Assembly: GCF_000315625.1 (NCBI RefSeq)
Contig: NW_005434603.1
Location: 332,235 to 395,824, forward strand
DNA: 63,590 nt
Source: Guillardia theta CCMP2712
Lineage: Eukaryota; Protista; Cryptophyta
Direction: 5' to 3'
Every line of letters starts with the position of its first letter. The first letter of the stretch is position 1. The notes beneath the pieces were generated by a model that worked only from the letters and a program-made list of their open reading frames with translations, was not told the DNA's origin and did no database searches. Below are positions 50,961-63,557 of the stretch, piece by piece. Made by a program: the position numbers and the translations under genes.

Positions 50961-51204
50961 GCCAAAACCCTCAACGTCCTCGACCCCCCTCCCTTCCCAG
51001 CAGAGAGTATTGGATGGAATCGATACTCTTCAGCCGCAAGTAGGTTAGTCTGTCCACTCCAATCTACAGACAGATGGATGGCCGTCCCAAAGCTTCCCAC
51101 GATGACTCCATTGCTACAATCGCTGAATCTTACGCCGAGCCTACGATGCAGTCTAGTACAGTTATGCAGAGGCGAACTAGTGGAATTACCGATCGATGTA
51201 AGCC

Positions 51205-52096
51205 NNNNNNNNNNNNNNNNNNNNNNNNNNNNNNNNNNNNNNNNNNNNNNNNNNNNNNNNNNNNNNNNNNNNNNNNNNNNNNNNNNNNNNNNNNNNNNNN
51301 NNNNNNNNNNNNNNNNNNNNNNNNNNNNNNNNNNNNNNNNNNNNNNNNNNNNNNNNNNNNNNNNNNNNNNNNNNNNNNNNNNNNNNNNNNNNNNNNNNNN
51401 NNNNNNNNNNNNNNNNNNNNNNNNNNNNNNNNNNNNNNNNNNNNNNNNNNNNNNNNNNNNNNNNNNNNNNNNNNNNNNNNNNNNNNNNNNNNNNNNNNNN
51501 NNNNNNNNNNNNNNNNNNNNNNNNNNNNNNNNNNNNNNNNNNNNNNNNNNNNNNNNNNNNNNNNNNNNNNNNNNNNNNNNNNNNNNNNNNNNNNNNNNNN
51601 NNNNNNNNNNNNNNNNNNNNNNNNNNNNNNNNNNNNNNNNNNNNNNNNNNNNNNNNNNNNNNNNNNNNNNNNNNNNNNNNNNNNNNNNNNNNNNNNNNNN
51701 NNNNNNNNNNNNNNNNNNNNNNNNNNNNNNNNNNNNNNNNNNNNNNNNNNNNNNNNNNNNNNNNNNNNNNNNNNNNNNNNNNNNNNNNNNNNNNNNNNNN
51801 NNNNNNNNNNNNNNNNNNNNNNNNNNNNNNNNNNNNNNNNNNNNNNNNNNNNNNNNNNNNNNNNNNNNNNNNNNNNNNNNNNNNNNNNNNNNNNNNNNNN
51901 NNNNNNNNNNNNNNNNNNNNNNNNNNNNNNNNNNNNNNNNNNNNNNNNNNNNNNNNNNNNNNNNNNNNNNNNNNNNNNNNNNNNNNNNNNNNNNNNNNNN
52001 NNNNNNNNNNNNNNNNNNNNNNNNNNNNNNNNNNNNNNNNNNNNNNNNNNNNNNNNNNNNNNNNNNNNNNNNNNNNNNNNNNNNNNNNNNNNNNNN
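51205..52096. other. Assembly gap (others at 22224-22323, 49203-49302, 53620-53719, 54818-55042, 58933-59032)
   Basis: Runs of N. Confidence 1.
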
Positions 52097-55000
52097 AAGA
52101 TGAGATCTTGTTGGCACTTGAGGATCTCAAAGCCGTTGCCGTGCGAGAGGTTGTCTAGCACGTAGAGCTGCTGCTTCTTCCCCCGAGGACTCACCACCAA
52201 CACGTGCGAACAAACTTGCCTGCTGCCACGTCAGCTCGGGAATCATGCGCAGCAGCTCGACCGGCTGCTGGGGAGGAGGAGGAGGTTGCTTCCTTGGACG
52301 AAGACGCCCAACTCCTCGTGGGGGATGGGAAGATCGACTGAGACAAGAGGGCAAGTGAGGATGAGCAGCAACAAGACGTGCGGGAGGCACCAGGACAGGA
52401 GGAGACAGAAGGCTCCTCGAGCCGCTCCAAGTCGACGAGCGAGACGGAGGAGAGAGCAAGCGAGCCCGTCTCTGAGTCCTCCGGGATGACGACGAGGAAG
52501 TTCTGCATAAGGAATGAGAAGGAGGGGCAGGGGCAGGAGATGGCAACCTCAAGGATGTGAAGCTGGCAGCGCATCTGCTGAGGGAGAGGAGAACCTTGAA
52601 ACTTGACGCGCCTGCGACAGGAGCTGAGCCAAGAGGCACGAGAGCAGAGCAGAGCAGAGGGAGAGAGGGAGGGAGGGAGGGAGGGAGAGGGAGAGAGGGA
52701 GAGGGAGAAGGAGAGGGAGGACGGTCATGCCTGATGGCTGCCTGCTTGTTGGGCACGAGCAGCACGCCTGTGAAGTCGAGCTCCATCCTGTTGGATTTCA
52801 TCGAGGGAAGAGAGGAGAGAAGGAGGAGAGACCTCTCGTTGTGAGGGAAGAGGAGGATGTGCTCTTCCATCGCCTTCCACACGTATCCGCATCTCCTTCC
52901 TGCCTCCTCCTCCTCCTCCAGACTCTCCGACAGGCTCCACGTACTCCACGTCTGAGTGTCCAGCGCCCATGCACCCTCCAGCTGCCAGGTCTGGGAGCGA
53001 GTGAGAATGCGAGGAGACAGAGGGGAAGGGTGCGAGGTAAGGGAGGAGAGAAGAGGGAAAGGGAAGGGAGAGGAGGAGAGAGAAGGGGAAGGGAGGGGAG
53101 AGGAGGAGAGAGAAGGGAAAGGGAGGGAAGAGGAGGGGTAAGGGTCAACCAGGTCGTCGTGGACAGGGAAAAAGAAGATGGTGGACAGGAGGCTGACGAA
53201 GGAGAACTTGGAGGGAGGAGGAGGAGGAAGAGACGAAGAAATCATCTCGTTGCCGCAGACTCTCAACGTGAGGGATCGGACGTTGAGGACACAAGCGCTG
53301 CTGATGTCGAAGTTGCGCTCGCCTGGCAGCAGCCACGTCATCGAGTCGGTCGCATCAAAGGAAGCGAGACCGTCGTGAGGGAAGATAAAGCAGAGCTCCT
53401 CCACCACCTCGCAGTGACAGTAGCAGGGATGCGGCGTGTCCAGCTCGACGTAGCAGCCCTAGAGGCGAGGAGACGGTACGGAGTCAGAGAGCAACAAGTT
53501 GACGATCAAAGGAACGAGAAGAGACCGGTAGAGGAGAGGAAAAGGGGAAGAGATGGGAGGAGAGGAGAGGAGAGGAGAGGAGAGGAGAGGAGGAGAGGAG
53601 GAGGAGGAGGAGGAGAGGANNNNNNNNNNNNNNNNNNNNNNNNNNNNNNNNNNNNNNNNNNNNNNNNNNNNNNNNNNNNNNNNNNNNNNNNNNNNNNNNN
53701 NNNNNNNNNNNNNNNNNNNCGAGTAGACTCGATCCTCGTCTGCTGACGTCAAGACGAACGTTTGACGTAAGTCGAGCCGTCCGCTGCTGTCACAGGGAAA
53801 CACGCAGATAGAGTCCTGTTGCCTGATAAGAATCGCCCTCTCCCTCCCTCCCTCTCCCTCCCTCCCTCCCTCGCTCCCTCGCTCCCTCGCTCTCTCCCCT
53901 CCCTCCCTCCCTCCCTCCCTCCCTTCTCCTTCAGCCTCTTTTCTGCTCTTCTCCGCACCTGTACGACAACGAACGCGCAACGGCATCGGAGAGGAAGAGA
54001 GCCCATGACGCGGAGGGCCCAGAGGCGGAGGGAGGAGAGGTCCATGACCATGGCGAACTGAAGGTCGCACATGCCCTCGCGGTTCTTGGGAAACAGGAAG
54101 AGACGAGTCCCTACAACGATGGCGGCACATCTGAAGGAGGTGAGGCGGTCAGGCAGAGGAGGACCAGGACGAGGACGACGAGGAAGAGCAGCAGCAGCAG
54201 CAGAAGAAGAAGAAGAGGAAGAAGAAGAAGATGATGAAGAAGAAGAAGAGGAAGAGGAAGAGGAAGAGGAAGAGGAAGAGGAAGAGGAAGAGGAAGACGA
54301 AGACGAAGACGAAGAAGAAGAAGAAGAAGAAGAAGGATACACCTGAGGCTGGCAGGCACAGCATCGTCGGAGACACATCGCTTGAGTCGCAGTCGAGGCA
54401 CGAGAGGAGAAGGAAAGCCGCAGGCATGCTCTTGCGGCATCGGCTCGTCCCTCGAGGGGGTGCGATGAGGAGAGACGGTCGGAGAAAGAGGATGCGGCTG
54501 CTTGGGGAAGGCGGGCTCCTCCTCCGCGTTCAGAGCTTCTCCTCCTCCCTCCTTGCCAGGGGGAGGGATCTCAACAATCCCCTGTACAGGAGTTGAGAGG
54601 AGGAGGAGGAGGAGGAGGAGGAGGAGGAGAAAAAGAGAGGAGGCATAGGGGACCTCTTGCGAAGGTAACTCCTTCGAGAGCGCCTGTGCGACGTCCATGC
54701 GAAGTTTGTTGAGAAGATCTTGAATCTGCATGCAATCGAGGATTGAAAAAAATGCAGGACAAAAGAGCAAAGTGGGGAGGCTGAGGGAGAGCCGAAGGAC
54801 CAGCGAGGGGGGGGGAGGNNNNNNNNNNNNNNNNNNNNNNNNNNNNNNNNNNNNNNNNNNNNNNNNNNNNNNNNNNNNNNNNNNNNNNNNNNNNNNNNNN
54901 NNNNNNNNNNNNNNNNNNNNNNNNNNNNNNNNNNNNNNNNNNNNNNNNNNNNNNNNNNNNNNNNNNNNNNNNNNNNNNNNNNNNNNNNNNNNNNNNNNNN

Positions 55001-58000
55001 NNNNNNNNNNNNNNNNNNNNNNNNNNNNNNNNNNNNNNNNNNAGCAGGAGGAGCAGGAGGAGGAGCGTCTTACGGAATCTCTTGCGTTTGAAGTTTTTCA
55101 TCCACCTTGCAGGGTCTTCGTAAGGGAGAAGCACAACGAGAGAGGAGGGGGGGGGTGAAAGAAGGGGAGAGGAGGGGTAGAGGAGGGAGGGAGCGAGGAG
55201 CTTTACCCTCTCAAGGACATTGAGCGAATGTCGTTTCTGCTCCTCCACTCCATCAAGGATCCCATCCTGCAACTCAATCAGCTTCCTCCACTCATCTCCC
55301 CTCTATGCTCCTCTCCTCTCCTCTCCTCTCCCCTCCCCTCCCCTCCATACTCCTCTCCCCTCCTCTCTCCAGTACCTGCTCATCCCGTAGAGCCCCGATG
55401 ATCTTCTCGACCTTGGCGATCCTCTCGCTCCTCCTCCTCTCCTCCTGTTCGCCGCGTGAGCTCGCGGTCACTCGCAGTTGGGCGTCACCTCAAAGCGCTG
55501 CTGCTCGGCGAGGTTGCGAAGCTCTTCGTTGCTCATGACTTTCTTGAAAGTCTGCCAGGAAGACTTGAGACGAGAAGAGGGGGGCAGGGAGGGGGGCAGG
55601 GAGGGGGGCAGGGAAGGGGGGCAGGGAGGGGGGCAGGGAGGGGGGCAGGCATTAGGAGCAGGTAGCTATCACCTCTTCCAGGGCCTTGAACGCTTCGACC
55701 CGCGACTCTTCAGCGAGCACGCGCTTGGATTCAGCCTGCTGGACCATCTCCCATCGCTGATTCATCTGGCCCCATTCGCTCTGAAGCTTCTGCCATCCCT
55801 GCTCTCTCCTCTGCTCCTGCTCCTCCCGCTGCTTCTCAGCCGCCTGCTACGAGTTAGCGTGACGTCATGATAGCCTCACATGCTTCACACCTGCCGCTTG
55901 TCCTCCTCCTGTCGCGCTCCCCTGCAGAAGCATTAGGCTGCTAACCTGCGAACTGCTTTCTCCTCCTCCACCTCCTCCTCCACACGTACATGAGCTCTCC
56001 CGTCCCCTCCCCAGGCTCCTCCGTCTCGCTTGGCTTGAGGTGCGGGGGCTCGCGGTCTTCCAGCTGCTTCTTCAGCCCGACGAGAGCAGACGAGAGCGTC
56101 GCCATCTCCTCTGCCTGCTTGCTGACCGTCGCCTGCAGCGCCGCCACTTGGCTCTTGAGCGCCTGCAGCTCTTCGTTTGCAATGTGGTGATGGCCTGCTG
56201 GGGCGTCAGGCGGGAGGAGGAGCGGAGGGTCGGGGCACCTTCGCGGGGAGCAGTCGCTCCCTCCTTGGAGCCCTTGAAGAGAACCTCGGAGGACTTGACG
56301 GCAGCCGGTATCATCCTTCCCCCATCCCGGTGAGACCTGAGCGCCAGTGAGACGAGGAGGAGGCAAGGCTGCGACACCTTCGCTTCAGCGATACAGGAAC
56401 AGCTGGCGAGGGCCCGAGGCTTTCATCGCTGCTGTATCCTTCACGGCTACCGGCAGAGTCAGAGCAGCATGGGAAGAGGAGGCGTAAAGAGCTGTCGGGA
56501 TGAGATCGAGACGCAGGGAGGGAGCAGGTCGAGAGGAGGATCAACCCCGCGAGGTTTGCTCGACTCCTTGCACTCCTTCCTCTCCCCGTCTCGCTCCATC
56601 CCTGGTCTCACCTGCGCGCTAGGGAGGAGGGAGGTTCGAGGTTGTCCGACTTGTCTGAGTCGTAGGCAGTGCTGTATCCTCCGCTAGAGTACCCGCTCGA
56701 GTCCACGCGCGACATGCCTGACATGCCGCCTATGGGCTGGTGCGAGTACGTCCCGCCTGCTTCACCGTCAGGAGCCCTAAAGACGGACAAAGAAGGAGAG
56801 GAGAAATGCTCCTGCCTGTCTGGGGAGAGGAAGTGACAGAGGAGGCGAGGCTCGGGTTGCTCGACCCGTTGACACTGCCGCTACTCTTCTGGTTCAGTGG
56901 CGTACGAACCTGATTCGAGCATGAGAGACACAAGAGAGGCAGGAGCATGCGCATCACCACAACGACCGACACCAGCGACGAGTTTTCTCCTCTCCTGATC
57001 CCAAAGCGAACAATCGTGTCGTCACTGCTGCTCAGCGCCTGAGAAGACCATGAGAAGCGTTCAGCTCCGTCACTCTCCGCCGATCCCGGAGCGCAACCTT
57101 TCCCTCCTCCCCCTCCTCCCCTCCTCCCCCTCCTCTCCTCCTCCCCCTTCCTCTCGCTTTCTCCTCACTTCGGTCAGGTACGTCCCGGGCTTGTTGGTCA
57201 CTAGTTCCCCGTTGAAGGTGCAGATGACATCGCCCGTCAGCACTCCTGCGCGATCTGCAGGGCCTCCCGCCTGCTTCCGTCTTCACCTCCCGCAACCGCC
57301 ACTCTCTCCTTGCCTGTACGTTAGAGACCAGAAAGCCTCCTCCAGGGTTCAGCTTCAGCCCCATGCCCACGCCAAGCACCTTGTCAGAGTCAGAGCAGAC
57401 CGCGACAGCGCAGGAACTGACAGGCCCGACGGATCCAGAAGACCCGGAGCCTCTCACAACCCGAAGGATGAGAGGAGCTCCACTAGGAACGTCTCTACGA
57501 AGGACACCAAGCTCCACCTGCGTGCCCTTGGGTCCAAGAAGCATGTTCCTTGCTCAAGGAGTGAGGACAAACCAAGCACGTTGAGAGCTCACCTGAGCTG
57601 AGCTAAAGTTGCTGGTCGCTTGCCGTCAATTGAGATCAGCAGGTCGTTCTTGAGCAGGCCGGCACTCTTTGTTTCCATTCAGACCCTCGCGTCCCTCTTG
57701 TCCCTCCCTCTCCTCACCTCTCCTGGCCCACCGGGCTTCACGCTGTTTATCCAAAACCCGCGTCCCTCAGCGACAGACACGCCAGCTCCGATGCCGAAGA
57801 GCGCGTCTGCCGCCTCAGCTGGACCTTCTGCTGGAGCAGAGCGGTGAGACAAGCAGAGGGCAGTGAAGGAGACCTTGGAGGTGAGTCGGCTGAGAGCTGC
57901 GGGAGATGATGGACAGAGGCTTGCTTTGATTCGCGGCGGACCAGGAAGAGCTCGTGGTGACCAGCCCTTCACTCATGATCAGCCGCAGCGTCCGCATGCT

Positions 58001-58210
58001 TCCACTTCACCTCTCGTTGACGTGACCCCATAGGATCGCCTCACACTCGCCGTGCTCATCGGAGAAGACGCTGGGATAGCAAACTGCATCTCCACTAGGC
58101 GAGGTCACTAGGAGGAAGAGAAGGCAAGGAGAGAACAGAGGGGAGTAGAGCATGAGAGAGTGAGTCAAGCGCTTCACTCACTTCAGACCCTCACAGTCGC
58201 TGAACTCATT
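52097..58210 (-). CDS. PDZ-domain (x2) + Ser-rich + coiled-coil protein; boundaries uncertain, possibly two genes
   Basis: GIGAGV...FWINSVKPGGP..AGLLKNDLLISIDG...LLGPKGTQVELGVLR and GVGMGL...FLVSNVQAGGPADRAGVLTGDVICTFNG. Coiled coil ELQALKSQVAALQATV. Further exons run toward the gap at 52096. Confidence 0.65.
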
Positions 58211-58506
58211 CCTCGTTCTCCTTCAGTCGGCACGTCACAGGAACCAGCAGCTGCTCGAGAGAAAGTCAAGTCAAATTGTTTGAGCTGATAACAATGTGCG
58301 AAGGAGACCAAGGTAACCATGTAACCAGCAAAGATCACAAATACTACCTCTTTCTGAAATCATTCAATGTCATTCGTTGCATCAATAATGGTTAGCCCTC
58401 GACAAAGCTTCACTATCACAGTGGCAAAGAAATTCAAAAGCGAGGTTGAGACGACGGGCAGGGAAGCGGGAAGGCAGGCAGGAAGGCAGGGAAGCAGGAA
58501 GGAAGG

Positions 58507-58541
<35 letters not shown>

Positions 58542-59422
58542 GCAGGCAGGCAGAGGAGGAAGGAATCTTGACGCAACAGGACACAGCGGCATCGGACCGA
58601 TCAGAGACCGGGCATTACACTCAGATTAAAGAACCACGTTGAAATATTTGCTTTCTGTTTTCAAATATAAAGATAATTTCAAAATAAAATCGGGCGGGCT
58701 CGGAAAATATTTGAAGTGATAGTCAGAATTGAAATAAAAAGAAATAAAAAGAAATAAAAAGAAATAAAAAAGCCGGTTTTTTGCCTTTTTTTTTTTTGCA
58801 CCCTGTGGGCCCAGCAGACCAGCAAGACGTCGACATGCGAGGGAGCGAAGAGAGGAGAAGAGAGGAGAGGAGAGGAGAGAGGAGAGGAGAGAGGAGAGGA
58901 GAGAGGGAAGAGAGGAGGGAGAGGAGAGAGGANNNNNNNNNNNNNNNNNNNNNNNNNNNNNNNNNNNNNNNNNNNNNNNNNNNNNNNNNNNNNNNNNNNN
59001 NNNNNNNNNNNNNNNNNNNNNNNNNNNNNNNNGAGAGGAGAGGAGCGAGATAATAGATAGAAGAGGAGAGGAGAGGAGAGGAGAGGAGAGGAGAGGAGAG
59101 GAGAGGAGCGAGATAATAGATAGAAGAGGAGAGGAGAGAAGGCTGGGGGAGGGAGGAAAGAAGAGGAAGAGGAGGAAATGAAAGGGTGAGAGCGAGGACA
59201 GAAGAGGGAGGGACGCGGGTTGAGAGGGAGAGGGGCAGGGGAAGCGAAAGTGGTCAAATTGTTGAGAGAAGGGATAAAAGTAAAACAAGCAAGATTCAAT
59301 GCTGTTGTTAGGAGAGCGTGTAGCGCTTGGTCCCTTTGCTCTCTTGTCCATTGAGTGATGGCCCTTGACGGCAGGACGAGACTCGGCAGCCAGACTCTTG
59401 AAGCTTAGGCTCACTCTCAGAG

Positions 59423-61679
59423 ATGTCTAGGAAGATGAGAAACCCTCCAGCCTCCCTGGGGACGCTCGTCACGCGGTCGCAGCTGATGCTTCTCTTCTTC
59501 GTCCTCCTCATCATGGCTTGGAACTCTATCTGGCTCAGCAGCTCCGGCTTCCGCAAGATCGAGCGCCAGGACGTTCTGACCCGTGTGCAGGAGCAGGTGA
59601 AAGCTGCCAAGGCGAAGGGAGAGAAGGACAAGGAGCGAGGAGAGGAGAACAAGTGCACTCCTGTGGTAGCTCGACTGAGCGAGCTCGAGCGCTACGGGGT
59701 GGAGTCAGGACGCGCCATGTCTGGCTCTCAGCTCTCAGACTTCATCCTCAAGGCTCTGGAGACTGTTCCTCAAGGTCTGCCGCTCTGCTCGCTACCCTTG
59801 CACTTACTTGCCCGCAGATACCAAGCCGCTCTGCGTGATGGAGGTCGGGACGGCAGACGGGACGGGGACGACGGTGCAGCTGGTGAACGCTCTCTCCAAG
59901 TTCTGCGGGAAGCACGGAAGAGACTGGCAGCTGGTGACGTACGAGGGACTGACGTCCTCCTTCAATGAGGCTCAGATGCACTGGAATGAGCAGAGAAACG
60001 TCAAGGTGGTGAACGAGCTTGTGATGACCCGCGAGAAGCTGCAGCAGTTCGTCCTGCCCAACATCGAAGGAGGGGAGGGGTCCGAGTGGCCAAGCAAGCA
60101 GTTCTACCGCAACTTCTACCAAGGGATCGACAAGCAGATCGCCTCCCGCGAGGTCGCCAGCTGGTTCCAGACGCGCCCGCTATGCAAGCCGGACATGGTG
60201 CTGATCGACAGCACGCGGTTCGCTCACCTTGGAATCATCGCGACCATCCTCGACACGCCAGGGATGGCGGATGAGCGGACGGTGTTCCTGATCGAGAACG
60301 ACTTCTGGAAGAAGGAGGACGGACACGAGTGGGTGAAGGTGCGGTCGCCTCCCTCACGTTCACGCTGACCCTCCAGCAGCGAACCCAGCGGGAGATCATC
60401 GAGAAGGGCATCTACGTGGAGGCGCCGCTAGGTGAGGATCACCCCAAGGGCGAGAAGTGGCCATGGCTCTACTTCCGTGCGAGGATGAAGCAGCCATCCG
60501 CTGCTGCCGTCGCTGACCCCAAGGATCGCGAGCCTACACTTCCGCGTCCGCTGGTAAGAAGTGAACCCACAATCTTGGGAGAGGAGCGGAAGGAGGAAAC
60601 GAGAAAGACTCAGAGCCGGGAGGAAGAGTCAGGAGGAGGGACGAAGAAGAAGTCTTGGATACAAGATGATGCCAATGGCGATGGCGATGGTTCTGCTCCA
60701 CCTGCTAAGAAAGGTTCTTGTCCGTCGCTCCCTTCTCTTCCTCATGCTTTCTCAGGCACCTGCACTCAAGTCATCCCCAGTTTGAGCTTGACATCAGAAC
60801 TGAACCTCTTCCTTCGCAAAGTCTTGAAGAGCGTCCCTGCCGGTATCTCCCTCTTCCCCCTCCCTCTCTCCTTCTTCTCGTCCCTCTTCCCCCTCCCTCT
60901 CTCCTTCTTCTCGTCTCTTTTCCTCTGACTCGGCTCATCTCTCGCCAACAGGCAGCTCCCCCGTCTGTGCTGTTCGCGTGGGAACGTCGGAGGGGACGAG
61001 CAGCACCGATCATCTGGTAGACGCCCTCAACAACCAGTGCGAGGAGAAGCAGCGAGACTGGAGCCTGACGCTCTTCGAGGGCCTCACCCGCATCTTTCAG
61101 GACGCGCAGTGGCGGTGGCAGGAGCAGGGCAATGTGAAGGTTATCAACGAGCTGGGCTTGAGCCTTGAAAACCTCCGCAAGTACGTCATGCGTAAAGTGG
61201 AAGGAAGCGAAGGGAACGAGTGGCCGAGCAAGGGCTTCTACTCCAACTTCTACGCCGACTTCGAGCGGCAGGTGGCGAGCAAGGAGCTCGGCCGTTGGCT
61301 GCAGACACGGCCTGGATGCAAACCAGACGTAGTACTCATCGACAGCACGCGGTTCGGGCACTTGGGAGTTATCGTGAGCATGTTGGAAGGGGAGGGCATC
61401 GCAGACGAGAAGACCATCTTCATCATCGAGAACGACTCGTGGGAGAAGGGAGATACCTTCAAGATCCTCGAGAGGTGGTTCCTTTCCCTCCACTACTCCT
61501 CCCCTCTATTCCTCCGCTGTCCCTCCCCTCCACGCTTTGTTTTTGCCCGCTGATCCCAACAAGTTCCGAGGACGCGCTGACGTCGTAGCAGGCATCTCAA
61601 TCTGGATAAGATAGACAAGGAGCATCCCAAGGGAGAGCAGTGGCCTTGGCTCGCGTTCCGCGCACGCCCCCTCGACTAG
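59423..61679 (+). CDS. Type II membrane protein with two tandem class I SAM-methyltransferase-like domains
   Basis: N-terminal TM LMLLFFVLLIMAW. Duplicated units PLCVMEVGTADGTGTT...YEG...DMVLIDSTRF...IEND...HPKGEKWPWL and VGTSEGTSST...FEG...DVVLIDSTRF...IEND...HPKGEQWPWL. Confidence 0.7.
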
Positions 61680-61717
61680 ACCCGTTGGGAACCCTGGGAG
61701 GGAAGGGAACAAGGAAG

Positions 61718-62926
61718 TCAGTGCGAAGAGCGGAGGAGATGTTGGATCGAGTCTTGAATGTGAAGAATAACAAGTCGAAGGTCGTCGTCGTCCACGTCTC
61801 GATGGAGAACCAACCGAACACACGTCGACCCGCCTTCATAGGAAGAGACCAGCACCCCTCTCCTCCTCATCTCCTCATTCAACCTCTCTGCCTTCAACCC
61901 CGAGCACGACAAGTCAAGGAAGACCATGTTGGTCGGGTGAGGCGCCGCGCGTTCCTCGAAGCCTCCGAGTCTCTTGCTGACTGACCTGAGCTCCTCTCGT
62001 AGCTCCTTTGCTCGCCGATGATCCTCCCTCAGTCGCTCCTTGTACCCCTCCAGCCCGTACAGCCCTGCAGCCGCAAGCATCCCCGACTGTCGCATCGCTC
62101 CTCCCAACGCCTTCCTCCACCTCCTCGCGTGCGCTATGGTCGTCTGACTTCCAGCAAGAACGCTTCCTACCGGAGCTCCGAGCCCCTTGCTGAGGCACAC
62201 GCTCACGGTATCGGCACAGGCAACGAGGGTCGAAGGCTCCTCGTCCAGCGCGACTGCAGCGTTGAGGAGTCGAGCTCCGTCGACATGGAGTCCAAGACCC
62301 GCAGCCTTGATCTTACGACCCATCTCCCTCATCTCCTCTCGTCCCACTGCTGTACCCAGACATCCTCCGTGCGTGTTTTCAAGGCACACGAGTCGAGGGA
62401 TGGGGACGTGGGCATCTACAGAGGAGCAGAGAGCAGGAAGATCAGGCATGAGGATCGAGCCATCTGACGCGTTTGGCCAAGCAGTCAGGGCACATCCGCC
62501 CAAGGCGCTCACGTTCCTCTGCTCCCACCTGTAGACGTGACTGGCCTCGCCGGCGATCACCTCCTCCCCTCGTCCCGCTTGTGCGAGGATTGCACTCAAG
62601 TTTGCCATGGTACCAGAGGCCATCAAAACCGCGTCCTCCTTGCCCAGCAGCTTCGCAACTACTCCCTCAAGATGGTTTGTCGTGGGGTCTTCCCCATACA
62701 CGTCATCTCCGACCTCCGCCTCTGCCATCCTCCGCCGCATCTCCCGGCAAGGCCTCGTCACGGTATCGCTTCGAAGGTCGACCACTTTTCCGGCAGCACC
62801 ATGCTGGTAGGCTCGAGCTCTGCTCCTCGCTATCGTATGTGCCTCTTCCTTCGTCACCATCCCTCCGCCTCCTCCCCATCCTCTACTCCCTCCTCTGGAT
62901 GCCCCTGCCCGCACAAGCGTCTGCAT
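61718..62926 (-). CDS. ltaE: Low-specificity L-threonine aldolase (PLP-dependent), intronless
   Basis: VDLRSDTVTRP, GDDVYGEDPT, SGTMANL, HVDGARL, CLSKGLGAPVGS, LGGAMRQSG. Confidence 0.95.
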   Translation of the reverse strand: MQTLVRAGASRGGSRGWGGGGGMVTKEEAHTIARSRARAYQHGAAGKVVDLRSDTVTRPCREMRRRMAEAEVGDDVYGEDPTTNHLEGVVAKLLGKEDAVLMASGTMANLSAILAQAGRGEEVIAGEASHVYRWEQRNVSALGGCALTAWPNASDGSILMPDLPALCSSVDAHVPIPRLVCLENTHGGCLGTAVGREEMREMGRKIKAAGLGLHVDGARLLNAAVALDEEPSTLVACADTVSVCLSKGLGAPVGSVLAGSQTTIAHARRWRKALGGAMRQSGMLAAAGLYGLEGYKERLREDHRRAKELREELRSVSKRLGGFEERAAPHPTNMVFLDLSCSGLKAERLNEEMRRRGVLVSSYEGGSTCVRLVLHRDVDDDDLRLVILHIQDSIQHLLRSSH

Positions 62927-63247
62927 AACAACCTTGTATCTGAAGGTTTACTCACAAAGTTAAGTTAAAAAATGAGTACCGTATTTCATGAGCGAGTACT
63001 ACTACTAGCCTAGTACCGGCGGTCACTGAGCCTTATCGGGGCCTCACGCCGAGTGACTGAACGAGTCCGACCCCGGTGAGTGAGCCTCAGTTACTTGAGG
63101 CTCTTCTAAAAGTTTGACTTAACTTTGAGTAAACCGGGGGAGGGGGGGGCGCCCGGCCGGGCCGGAGCCTCGGACTCAGTGACTCTGGCAGCAGGCTACG
63201 CCGGGTTGTCCGGGGCAGGGCCGGCCGCTGCCAGGATGCAAGATATA

Positions 63248-63557
63248 GGATTTACTGGCAGAAGAGAAAAAGTGCCTCAAGCAAAACAAAGCAGGAACAG
63301 AGCGGACGTCTCGACTGACAGTGGTCAGTCGGCTGCCTCCGGGTATCGCGTCTAAGGGATTTTATTCCTCCTGCATGCTCCTGCTGCTTGTTGCTTGATT
63401 GCCTGACCCTTAGGCTGCTTGTCTGCGCGGCTTCGCGCTTGGGCTGGCGCTGCCGCGCAGACAAGCAGCAGTGCTGGTTCTTTTCGGGCTTATGTTTTGA
63501 ATAGTGGATTTACTGGCAGAAGGTAAAAAGTGCCTCAAGCAAAACAAAGCAGGAACA
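63248..63557 (+). repeat. ~52-bp direct repeat pair (63248-63299 and 63506-63557)
   Basis: GGATTTACTGGCAGAAG(AG/GT)AAAAAGTGCCTCAAGCAAAACAAAGCAGGAACA occurs twice. Confidence 0.9.

Noticed and set aside
50855-52203. Long ORFs spanning 51-52 kb
   Set aside because: Consist of N-gap translation.
63248-63557. CRISPR-like repeat-spacer
   Set aside because: Only two copies, ~205-bp spacer, eukaryotic context, no cas genes.
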